Assembly (NCBI GenBank): GCA_946965045.2
Contig: OX337241.1
Coordinates: 2,108,001-2,172,000 of the forward strand
Source of the DNA: Epithemia pelagica
Lineage: Eukaryota; Protista; Bacillariophyta
Length of the DNA stretch: 64,000 bases
Direction of reading: 5' to 3'
Shown here: positions 21,873-32,832 of the stretch, one piece after another
Position numbering within the stretch: the first letter of the stretch is position 1
How the letters are laid out: every line of letters starts with the position of its first letter
Translations under genes and position numbers: made by a program
The notes under the pieces: generated by a model
The model's input: the letters and a program-made list of their open reading frames with translations, nothing else
What the model was told of the DNA's origin: nothing
The model's database searches: none

Positions 21873-24800
21873 CTGGGCGTCTGGTGGGTAGGCGTGGAAG
21901 TCGGTGACTCGAAAAGGGAAAGTGTTGGTGAAGAGGGAAGCAAAGTGTGAGTGGATGTCGAGGAAAGGGCGATGGTTGGATGGGGTTGGAGATGTCAGAC
22001 CTGTCGTGGGGGGGAAGAAAGCGGTGGTGTGGGCTTTGGGGTAGTGTTCGGAGGTGGCGAGGCGAAGGGAGCGTCCTAGGGAATTAAGGAGGGCAGGGAC
22101 GGCGGTGGTGCGGTGGCAGGGGTAGCCGAGGCCACCGAGGGCGCAGGAAAGGTGGGCAAGATAAAGCGAGTGGTCGGGGATGTGTTTCGTGTGGGTCAGG
22201 TGGCACAGGAAGGTTTTGGTGATTTGGTCGAGGCGTGGAGACAGGAAGTTTTGCCAAATGGTAGAGTTGGGTGGCGTGTTGGAACGGTGGCGGAGGAAGA
22301 GAAGGATGTCATCGGCCAAGAGATGTGTAATTTTTGGCAGAACACAAGAGCGGAAGAGGATGGATTTGGTTTGGGAGTTCTGCAAAGCTCGGATGGCGGT
22401 GGCAGACTTTTCGATGTGGTCGAGGCGGGCGGAGAGGAAGTTTTGGATGAAAGAGTCGCTTCCAATTGGGTGCCCGAGGAAGCGTGTTCCGTCGGTAATT
22501 TCCGCGGCGGACGGGTCGTCGGGGTTGAGGAAGGCTAAGGCGTTTTGCAGGTGGGTGCGGTTGACGCTGGAGAGGGTGGGTTGGGGACTGGTGCCGGTGG
22601 TGGAGGTCAAGATTTTTGTTTTGGTTTTGTTGAGGTGAATGCCGTAAGGTTTGCCGAGAGAATCGAATTCGTTGAGAAAGGGCAGCAAATCTTCGTGCAA
22701 GAGACAAACGGACGTGTCGTCCATGACACTGGCGGTGTGACTCACTCCGCCCAGGTTATCGTCTGCTGTGATGTGTTGGCGGATTCGTTCGAGGGCGCGG
22801 GTTGATAATGTTTTGTTGACGGTAGCGGTGAGGGCGGACAGGACGAGACATGCGAATAATGGGCTTAAGGGGCAGCCCTGACTGAAACCCTCTGGCTGGT
22901 TGAGTGTGTGGTTGTTGCCTTCATGGTCTTGATACCAGTTGTTTGTATCAGCGGCATAGAGGAGGTCGAAGAGGGCGAGTAGGGGTTTTGTGGCGTCGTT
23001 GCGTTGGAGTATTTCTCGGCATCGCGACCGAGAACATGCGTTGAACATGTTTGTCAGATCGAGGAGGATGAGTGCTCTGGAGGGAGGTGTGGAGTTGTCC
23101 TTGGTGATGTATCGGTCGATGTGTTGTTGTGTGAGGTGGGCGGTAAAATCGACTCCTCCGCTAGTGTTTATTCCGTATTGACCTTGTTGTGTGAGTAGAG
23201 GTTCGATGTCGTTGGAGGTGAGGGAGAGGGCGATGGTGGCAGCGGCGCGACGAAGTGCAGTGCCGATACCGATGGGCCGGAGTTTGTTGAGGTTGTTCAT
23301 ATCCTTGTGGAGAGCGAAAAAGTGGATTGAAGAGAAGTATGGCCGGATGGATGATGGAATCTGGTTGTTGAGGAGAAAGGTAAAGAGTTTTTTCAAGTTG
23401 TGGAAATAAGGTCGGTCTGAGGCTGGATGTGTGGTGGAGCGTTGGAGGCCAAGAGCTCTCAGGCTGTCGATGGAGGCGGAGAAGGGGCCCGGGGCGGTTC
23501 CTTGGCTGAGGCGATGGAGTCCTTGTTCGAAGACACTGTCGGGGAGGGTTGTGTGGTGGTTTGGTGTGTATTGGTGGTTGCGTAGGTTGTGGGGTGGATC
23601 AATGCGGGGTGGATAGAGGGTGGTTGCGACGATGTTGATTCGTTCTGGGGTGAGTGTTGCTATGGGCATGGTGGCGGTGAGACGGTTGTGGGCGGCCCGT
23701 ATGTTGCCGAGGTCTGCTGCTTGCTGTGCGAAGGAGGCCATGGATGTGGGGGTGGGTGTTGTTGGTGTGGTGTTGTGGGGTTGTTGTTGGTGTTTGTGTT
23801 TGTTTGTGCGTTTGTGGCGGTGGAGGTGGGGAGGTGGTGGGTGCCAGATTGTGTTGTAGAGGAGGATGAGGTCTCCTTGTTTCAATTGGGCTACTCGGTG
23901 TTTGAGGGCGTTGTGGTGTGTTCGATGGGGAGTTTGTTGGATTGGGGCGAGGAGGAGTGCTTCGAGGAGAAATAAGAGTTTCCAGAACGGGACACTATCT
24001 GTGTTGTGCTTGTGATGGGTTGTTCTGGTAGTGGTGGCGAAGGGGAGGGAGGCTTGGTTGGTCCAATCTACGACCATGTTCATGGTCTGGAGAAAGAGGC
24101 GCTTGGCTTGTGGTTTGAGCTTGGTGAAGGATGAGCGGCGGAATGGCGGCGGTGTGAGGTCGAGATTGTACAGGAAAGCTAGTTGATCGAGCCATTGTTG
24201 AGTTTGGGAGGCGGACAAGTGGCGCAGTGTATGTTGAACAATGTTGATGTTGGTGTCCTGGCGACAGTGGCTTTTGTTGACGTGGGCTTGGAGGTGTCTT
24301 GGGGTGAGGTAGATGGCGTTGGGCTCGTTGCAGAGTCGACACGGGTGAAGTTGGTGTTGATGACAAAAGCGGTCACTAAGGTGGGTGGTTGGTTGGTCTG
24401 GGTGTGCTTGTTGGAGGTGGAGTCGTAGTTGGTCTGTTGTTTGGCGTGGAGTGGCTGAGGGGGTGGAGTGCCAGGAGCAGGAGGGGTAGGGGCAGGGGGT
24501 GGAATTGGATGTTTGGGGGCGACTGGTCATTTTTGGGCTGTGTTCCCCGAGGGGTGGTGTTGGTTTGTGGGGTGAGAGTCGATGTCCATCGCGTTGGTGG
24601 GGGGGGTCGTTCTGGAAGGTGGTGGTTGGGTCATTGAGGAGATCATGGGCGAATTGCCAAATGGTTTTGGCATCTGTGGTGTTGAAGGAGGTAAGTTTAT
24701 TTGTGACTTGGTCGGCGAAGGTGGTCAGGAGCGTCGGGTTGTTACTGCGAATGTAGTCATCTAACAGCTCCAATTCGTGTGTTGTGTCTTGTGAAAATGA

Positions 24801-27800
24801 GAAGTGGCCAGTGGGGATGAGGTGTAGGAGGTGGTCGGAAGGGCGTGTGTGTTCGTCTGGGGAGTTGTTGGCATCGGGGTTGTTTTTCGTGTTGTGTGTG
24901 AGGAGGTTTGAGTCGGGGGGAGGAGTGGTGGGAGCATCCGTGGGGTTGTCGTCTTCATCTTCTTCGGCGAGGGCGGCGAAGTGGTTGGAGCGGAGCGGGG
25001 TGGGTGGTTTGCTGTCGACGGATGGGAGTGGGGCGTCGTGTGGGGATGCGGGGCGTTTGCGAGTTTGTAGTGTTTCGTCCGTGTTGTCTGGTTCATGGAA
25101 GGGTTCGGTGTCGGGTGTCGGGGAAGATGGAGGGGTGGTGAGGTCGACGAAATTGTGGATTGGGTTAAACCTGTTGGCTAAGGCCGCGAGGCGTTTGGTG
25201 CGTTGGATGGAGGAGGGTCGGTGTGGAGAAGGGGTCGGTGGTGTTGTGGAGGCGATGGTCGCGGTGGTGGTGAGGAGGAGGTTGGTGGGGAATGCGGCTA
25301 GTTTTTGTGGGATGTTGGCGGGGGTGACATGGATGGTTCCCAAGTTGCAATGGAGATAGAGGTGGTGGCTCTCCGGGGAGGGGTTGTGGGCGGTGAACTG
25401 TGGGAAGATGCCTCGGTAGTCCTTGAGGTGGTATAAGGCGTCCCAGTCGTCTGGGGTAGCTTGGGGGTTTATGTTGTGGAGGCGTACGACGGTGCATGTC
25501 GAGTAGTTTTGTTCGATGGTCTTGAGGCTGTTGACGTATTCGGTGCGTTCAAGGGGATTTTCTGGGAAGGGGAGTAGGTGAAACGGGGTGTTGTGGTAGG
25601 TGAGGTCATGTTTATTGGCGGCGGTGTATGTTTCCGTGGCTTCGAGGAGGGTGTCGAATTTCTCGGTTGAAGATGCGGAGATGATGAGGGTTGGTAGGGT
25701 GAGGTGTGGGCCCTTGGGAGATTGGCTGCCCGTGATTGTACCGTCACGGAGGCCAATGTGGGTGTTGAAATCCTCGGTCAGGTGGAGGTCGTCGGGTAGG
25801 AAGGGGAGGAGTTGTTTGCGGATGGCGGCGAGGACGTCTAGAAAAGCGCGTTTGTGGAAAAGGGTTTTCGGAGGGAGGCCTGCTAGGATGCCGAGACCAC
25901 GACAGTCGGTGTGGTTGCACGCGGGTGCATACAAGCGGAGTTGGGAGTCGTGTTCGTTGGTGGTGGGGTGGGATTCTTGGGTACCTGGAGGGAGGATGTC
26001 TCGGATCCCGGTGGTGGGGTCCAGCGTGAAACCGGAGTGGTGGTGGTGGTTCCACTTTTGTAAAATGAATTTGCGGGCTTGTTCGTGAAAAAGCTCGGGA
26101 TCGAATTGGTCGTCTGTGGCTGTTGGGCGGAGTTTGACTTGGAATGTGGACACGTGGCCTCGTGGCGTGGAGTTTGTGATGCCGCGTCGGGGTGGGGAGG
26201 GGATCTTGGTGTTTTGGTACGTAACTTCGTGGACTTGGAGGAGGATGATGTTTTCTCGGGTCTTGTGGTGCTCTAACGTGGCTTCGATTATGTTTTTGAT
26301 GGTGGTGCCGCTGAGGGGAGGGAGGCGTTGTTCGCGTTGTGGGTCGGGGTCGTGGTGGACGTAGGCGTTCCAGACGATCATGCCGGTGGGGGTGTCGGTG
26401 GGGTTGTCCTCGTTGTGGTAGGAGTACGGGCTGGGCGGGGTGGCTTGTTTCGTGGAGTGTTTGGGTGTCTTGTAGGGGTTGGTGATGGACGGGGGGTTGG
26501 GGTTGGAGGGTTTGGTGGTGGGTGTGTTGGTAGGGGCGGACGGGGTCTTGGGTGTCGCGGTTGGCGTGGTGGTGGGAGACGGCGTGGTGGTGGTGGGAGA
26601 CGGTGTCGTGTTGGCGGTGGAGGAGGCGGTCGTGGGGGTGGGGGTGCGTTGAAGGTGGGGAGGGGACGTGGGCTTGGACATAGAGCGAAGGGTCTTGTTG
26701 AAATGGTCGAATGCAGTGGGTGACGGGGAGGGCTTGTGCTTGTTTTTCTTGTTTTTGTTTTTGTTGGGCAGGGGGGTGAGGGTGGAGATGGGGACGTGGT
26801 CGGTTCCTTGGTGGGAAAGGCGGTTTTGGCGAGCAAGAGGCGGTGCCATGGTGGAGGTGAGTAGAATCAGGAGCGCTTTTGGTAGTTGAGTAATGATAAG
26901 GACGTTTTTGGGACAAAACTGATTTTGTGAGCTAGGTTGCGTGTGGGAGGGTTGAGGGGTTGGTTGGGTCGGTTGGGGATGGGGGCTTGGGGGGTAGTGT
27001 GCGGTGGAGTGTACCGGTTGGGGGGAGGTGTCAGGTTGCGTCTGTTTGGGGCGTACGTTGGATGATTGGTTTGTTCTTGGGTGTCGAGGGGTGTCACGCG
27101 GGCGGGTGGCGGAAGTCTTGTGGCATCTGTTGGGAGTCGGTTGGGTTGGATGTGGTGTGAGATGGTGTCGGATAGTGGTGTCAAGTCTTCTGGTTGGGGT
27201 CAGGGGAAGGAAACGTGGTGCGGTTGTTGTTCTGTATGGGTTGTCCGGGCATCTGGTTGCGGTCAGAATTGGGGGTTCGTGGTGGTAGAAGGTGTTCCGG
27301 TAGCTGGTAGGGGTGTGGCATGGGCGTACGTTGGATGATTGGTTTGTTCTTGGGTGTCGAGGGGTGTCACGCGGGCGGGTGGCAGAAGTCTGGTGGCATC
27401 TGTTGGGAGTCGGTTGGGTTGGATGTGGTGTGAGATGGTGCCGGAGAGTGGTGTCGAGCCTTCTGGTTGGGGTCAGGGGAAGAAAACGTGGTGCGGTTGT
27501 TGTTCTGTATGGGTTGCCCGGGCATCTGGTTGGGGTCAGAATTGGGGGTTCGTGGTGGTAGAAGGTGTTCCGGGAGCTGGTAGGGGTGTGGCATGTGTGA
27601 GTGGTGTCAAGGTTGCGGGATTGGTTGGAGTGTCCGTTGTGAGTAGTTGGGGAAGTGGAAGTGGAAGTGGTGTGTGTGTTTGTGTGTGTGGTGCGCGTCG
27701 GTTGGTGTCTGGGGGATGGTGGTTGGTTGGGTGTTTGGGTGGTGGGGGCTGGGGACCATGGTGAGCAAGGAGGTGTTTGGGGCGGCAAGGGGAGAGGAAA

Positions 27801-27974
27801 TGACGCGAAGTACTTGCGCTGTGAGGTTAGGTGACTGGGACCGGCTGTGGGGGTTGGGGAGTCGGTAAGGTGTGATGCTGGTGGTCGGGAGAAGGTGGGT
27901 CGTGCCGTGCGGGGGCCATGGGGCGGAAAAGCCGTTTCGTGGAACGGCGGTTTCCGCGGCCGGTGCACCATCAT
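21873..27974 (-). CDS. CRE-like retrotransposon ORF, main part (~2030 codons): Pro/Thr/His-rich N-terminus, Zn fingers, RT
   Basis: CPYPSC..HLQQAH and CRLC..HLQAHVNKSH fingers; LRPIGIG, QYGI, LLDLTNMFN, GFSQGCPLSP, VMDD, FLGHPIG RT motifs. True start uncertain. Confidence 0.88.
27050..27595. repeat. 273-bp tandem duplication (91 codons) in the 5' part of the CRE-like ORF
   Basis: Copies at 27050-27322 and 27323-27595 with few substitutions; frame preserved. Confidence 0.92.
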
Positions 27975-28360
27975 AATGGCTACCAGGTTACCGACGGGAG
28001 GGCGGCTACTTGTGGTTGGTCTCTATTGGGGATGGTCGTCTTCGTCGTCGATTTGTTCTTGTTTTCGGGTTGTTTTTGTCATTGTCCGTGTCATGGGACA
28101 GACTGGACTGGAGAATCGCGACCGATGGATGTGGCCTGCGCCCGAGCGTGCGCCAGCAAGCACGGCTCGTGTGAGCGCTCTATTAAATAGGGCGCATGTG
28201 TCCATGTTCTATTAAACAGGTGGAAGCGTGCGAGATGTGTTAAATTCCATTAATTTCAACGGACGTAAATAAGAAATTATTAATAAAGGTAACGGGGTGC
28301 ACGCTGCACGTGCTTTAAGTATCTTATAGGCTTCGGATCAACTCGTGAAGCTATAAGATC

Positions 28361-29869
28361 GTGCCAAAGCGTAAAAGCCGCTGTTGTCCGTGGTATCTTC
28401 ATCAACACACATACAACCCGGACTACGGGTACTTCGTTTCATCCAGGATGCAGACAACCACAGCAACCCTGCAACACCCCTCGATGGTTGCAGAAGAGGA
28501 GGGGATGCAAGGTGATGATGTAGAGACCGACGACGAGGAAGATTCCATTCTTTCCTATCCAGATGACCGAAGTGAATGGGACGACAGCGATGACGAATCG
28601 GATGATGACTCCAGCTCTTCTTCTTCGTCGTCATCATCTTCTTCGTCGTCTTCTTCTTCCGAGAGCGTTCTCCACGACGACCCGAAAAACGTTTGTATTT
28701 CGTTTCAAAAAGAATGGGATCGACAAGAACGTGCCTATCATAATCGCACCAAGGCTTGGTGGCGTCTTTGTTCAAAACTAGATACCACAAAACAGTCTCA
28801 ACTGTCCTCGTGTTTGTGGGAACGTGAATTGCAGGTTCGGAGTTTGGAACGTCAACAATTGTTGTTACAGGTACTGGAGAAAGACAACAACAGCAAGGAG
28901 GAGAAAGGAACAGATTTGGTGCAACGCAAACCATCTCGTTTGCCTCCCACCGTGGTTCCTCCGGCCGTTCATGTTGTGGCACCGGTTGGATTGGATCCCG
29001 TCGAAACTAGCAAGCAGCAAAACCACGACGATGCGAAAGAGGAGGAAGAGAAGAAAGAAGAAAAAGACACGAACTTGGATTCATCGCAAAAACAAAATAA
29101 TGCCATGACACTCGACAAGTCCATCGTCTCGATAGTGTCGCCCCGGTCTTCCACCTCTTTTTCCGAATGTCTGGACGAGGACGATATCCAAGACACGTCG
29201 TTTCTGGACGCCGTCATGGATGATGACATGATGGACAACAAGAAGTGTGACTATTTTGCACTAGAATCCTTTTCGAGAAATATTATTCCGGCTGTCGTAT
29301 TTGAAAGCTACATGACCTTGTCGACCTTGACCAATCTCATGCTCTATGCTTGGGCCAATATTTCCGTCTATGAGGCCTACAAGGAATGTTTGAAATTTCT
29401 TCCGCTACCAGAGGAGACACAGCAAGCCAATGCAACACAACTTGTCTGGCTTGCCGTCCTATCGATCGTCAAGCTAGCTGTAGCATATGGTATATTGCGT
29501 TGGACTGTGGCACCCTTGTGGTTTGTCCCCTCGTTGGTTCGGGAATGCATTGAATTTGATGAACACAATGCCCGTCGATTGCACAAACAACAAGAACAAT
29601 CACAGTCACAACAACAGAATTTCAAGTTTTGGGAATTCTACAAGAGGTTCAGCCCGAGTACCTTTCGTTCCCAGGCTAGATCGAACGCCATGACATGTAC
29701 GTTCTTGTACATGTTGGGGGCGGCCATGGCAACAAATGCCGTTGCATTTTTCAATGACGTTCTGGCTCTATGGATTTTGGGTCGGGGTACCACTGTCCAA
29801 TTCATGATATGGGAAATTCTCGTCATTGTCCTGACCTCTCAAAGCATGATGAGGCAAGGCGTCTTGTAA
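28361..29869 (+). CDS. Hypothetical protein: acidic/Ser-rich N-terminus, coiled-coil-like middle, several C-terminal hydrophobic segments (first ATG 28448)
   Basis: Long ORF; hydrophobic stretches LVWLAVLSIVKLAVAYGILRW, FLYMLGAAMA, FMIWEILVIVL. Confidence 0.7.
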   Translation: MPKRKSRCCPWYLHQHTYNPDYGYFVSSRMQTTTATLQHPSMVAEEEGMQGDDVETDDEEDSILSYPDDRSEWDDSDDESDDDSSSSSSSSSSSSSSSSSESVLHDDPKNVCISFQKEWDRQERAYHNRTKAWWRLCSKLDTTKQSQLSSCLWERELQVRSLERQQLLLQVLEKDNNSKEEKGTDLVQRKPSRLPPTVVPPAVHVVAPVGLDPVETSKQQNHDDAKEEEEKKEEKDTNLDSSQKQNNAMTLDKSIVSIVSPRSSTSFSECLDEDDIQDTSFLDAVMDDDMMDNKKCDYFALESFSRNIIPAVVFESYMTLSTLTNLMLYAWANISVYEAYKECLKFLPLPEETQQANATQLVWLAVLSIVKLAVAYGILRWTVAPLWFVPSLVRECIEFDEHNARRLHKQQEQSQSQQQNFKFWEFYKRFSPSTFRSQARSNAMTCTFLYMLGAAMATNAVAFFNDVLALWILGRGTTVQFMIWEILVIVLTSQSMMRQGVL

Positions 29870-29988
29870 TAGGACGGACATGGCAACCATGGCCTGTCTT
29901 TTGCACCGTTGTATGAGAGCTATACGGTTGTACCAATAGTTATATACATCATTCTCTACATCCAAATGTCAGCCGCACATTACCCTTC

Positions 29989-32166
29989 TTACTTGGAACG
30001 TCGCAGCATCCAATAGGCCGCTACTCGAAACACAACCTGAAGAATGATTACCATGCCAATATTGAACCAAAAGTCTTCGGTGGCACCTTTAATCCCCAAG
30101 GACGATATAATTTCTTCTCCCGGCAAGGGGCATTCGGAACTCGTTGAGGTACCACTTCGCACACCAACGTCATTTTCATCATCTTCACAGGGATTATCAC
30201 GACCGCTGTACTCATTAATGATCAGAGCCGAATATCCATAGCGACAAAAGGACAAGTACGAAGCCCATTCCACGCCTGGATGCATATTTTCAAAGGGAAT
30301 GTAAAAACCTCCCATGATCATAAAGAAAAGAGTTAGAGGGGGTGCCAAAACCAAGGCCATTTGAACTTGACGAATGGCCACACTCAGCGCCAGACCCATT
30401 GATTGTGCGGTGGAAATGATGAGGTAGTAGCATAAGATAAACTTGAAATATGCCTCCGAGGATAATCGATAGTTTGCTGTCCAATACACCACCATTGTGT
30501 ACAGCAACGGCAACAAGATGTTGTTTGTCATATCTAAAGCAAAGCGTGTCAAATATGACTTGTCAAAAATGAAGCTCTAAATCAGACGACGAGCCCACAA
30601 TCCACAATTGATACACATACCAGAAACGGTCTTTGCCAGGAAATAACTTGCCACGCCATACATCTTTTTGGCACGTTCTCGTCTCAACAAGGTTCGCTCC
30701 GTGGCAAACACCGTTACAGCCGACACGACGACGCCATTTGATTGGGCAATCAACATGAAGAAGAAGAGTGAGTTACGTTCAAAGACATATCTTGTTGTAT
30801 CGGGTAATCTCCACCAGAACAGTGCTGTAAAAAAGAGATAAACCAGCTGTAGAAGAGCTGCCGTTGTCGTCAAACGTTCTCCTCGTTGTTGTTTCAAGGT
30901 TCGTTGGGTAAGTAGTTTGAATTGCATCCATGGCGAAATGTCGTATTTGGGCATGGACTTGAGTTCCTCCAAGGTACTAAGAGTTCGCGCCATGGAAGGT
31001 CGGTAAGATTTCCTTCTGTCATCGGAAAACATGGATAAAGCCTTTGATTCTTCCTCTTCTTCTTCGGAATGCTCTGAATCTGTTAATTGATGTTTCGATC
31101 TCTCCGAATATTGGTCCCAGTAGTCGGCCAAGCTACGCGGTTCGTTGTTTTCAGATTCCTTTGGATGGTTCTGCTCATCTTCTTTGATGACATCCATAAT
31201 CCAATCAGCAATCCCTGTTTCGGGGGGCAGCGGCGTTACACTTCCAGCGCAACATGTCTCCAGATAGGACCGAACCTGTTTCGGATAACCATTGTATACG
31301 ACTCGTCCTCGAGACAAGAGCAAAAGAGAATCAATGTATTGATTGAAGATTGTGGTGCGTGGTTGATGAATGACAGTGACAATTGAAAGACCTTGATCTC
31401 GTGCCAAGGACTGTAACGTTTGCATCAGCTCCAACGCCGTTGTAGCGTCTAGCCCACTTGTTGGTTCATCCAGGAATAAAAGAGACGGACGGACAACAAC
31501 TGAATAGTTCGGTTAGGATTATCCATGTGAACAACGACAGCGTAAGTCATTCCCAATAGTTTACGTACGTTCGCAAGCCACTGCCACACGCTTTCGTTCT
31601 CCTCCACTAATTCCACGACGCAAATGATTGCCCACGACGGAATTTCCAACTTTCGATAGACTCAAATTATCGAGCGTAGTTTCCACCAATTCATCGACTT
31701 GCGCATTCGAGACTGACATGGGTGTCTTGAGGCGAGCGGCGTACCACACGTTTTCTCGAACAGTCAAGTTCGACAGCAATAAATCATCCTGCCAAACAAC
31801 ACCCACCAATCGTTTTGGGATCTGCCCTTCTTGTCCGTTGACGAGAATTGTACTGTCCGAAGACAAGGCCTCTGTGTCGTTGTCAATCAGATTTGCAGCG
31901 ACGCTTAAAAGGCTCGTTTTGCCACTTCCTGACGGACCCATCCATGCGGCAACTTGATAAGGAAGAACTCTGGTACTGATATTATGAAGGACCGTCTTTC
32001 GAGTTCGATTTTGTCCCCCAGTGCTCCACAGCGAAGATGTCGATTTCGTGAGAGGAGAGTAGGTGACATTCTGTAAATCGAGTTCTATCAGGGGCACTTC
32101 TCGCTGTGGTTGCTGCTCCTGTTCACCCCCAGTTTTCAAAGACTTGTCTGTCTTCGTATCGTTCAT
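29989..32166 (-). CDS. ABCG (White-type) half transporter, 3 exons (32166-31569, 31499-30621, 30533-29989), ~673 aa
   Basis: Walker A GPSGSGKT, signature ISGGERKRV, LFLDEPTSGLD after splicing, ERAKKMY..SYFLAKTVSD, ABC2 membrane domain; canonical introns 31500-31568 and 30534-30620. Confidence 0.95.
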
Positions 32167-32571
32167 GTTCACAACAATTGATGGTATGAAGAACGAAACT
32201 TTGTTGTGTATGACTTGATCTGAATCTTATGTCGACTGCAAGTAACCGAATGAGGTGTTTCGAATCCAGTGTGATCAATGCTTGGGCAGCAAATGTTCGC
32301 AACAAAGCTTGAATCAGGCGAATAATGATGAGTGGGTGTGAAATGGAACATCATCGAAGAAAACGCGAAAACTCTGTCTCGATGACGTCCTGCCTGGGCC
32401 TGGGGCAAAATTTTCAATTTTCCATCGAGATTTTCTCTACATATTATCAAAACGACAGATATTTTTCCATCAATGCATGTCTGTCGTACGTATTCTGGCC
32501 GGTGTCGCGTGCCGATGCAATAATTATAGGAAAGCTGCCATACCCATGTAAAATAACACGGTATAAAAAAT

Positions 32572-32752
32572 TGTGATCTTTAGGAATTACGAGGAATTAG
32601 GGGAAATGAGGAATCCACAGTGCCACATGCGACGAGAAATGACTGGAGGAGGAACAGCCAGATGGCGGAAGATTCATGTCGCAGTGTCAAGAACGCGAAC
32701 CGGGAATGGAACGTGGTGACACGTATGGCGGGATCCATATAGGGGTACCGCA
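32572..32752 (-). repeat. Putative gypsy 3' LTR (~181 bp)
   Basis: Begins TGCGG after a polypurine tract and ends ATCACA; no second copy to confirm. Confidence 0.6.
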
Positions 32753-32832
32753 CTCTACCTCTCCCTGGTCGGACCTAGGGAGTTCGAGCCGGACAAGAAT
32801 GGGAAAGCTTGGCGGCCAGCATTAAAACCCAT

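Larger units (their letters stand above)
11046..27974 (-). mobile_element. CRE-like non-LTR retrotransposon (Zn fingers, RT, CCHC/RLE-type C-terminus) split by a copia insertion
   Basis: The frame is continuous across the copia TSD (..AYPPDAQ|HQLALDNQETHLLPLIVAST..). UTR boundaries not determined. Confidence 0.8.

Noticed and set aside
22113-27868. Many overlapping plus-strand and alternate-frame ORFs over the CRE-like element
   Set aside because: Shadow ORFs of a strand-biased C-rich sequence with few stops; no motifs.
28183-28205. Short palindrome GCGCTCTATTAAATAGGGCGC between the LINE and the next gene
   Set aside because: Single 21-bp imperfect palindrome; could be promoter sequence or chance.
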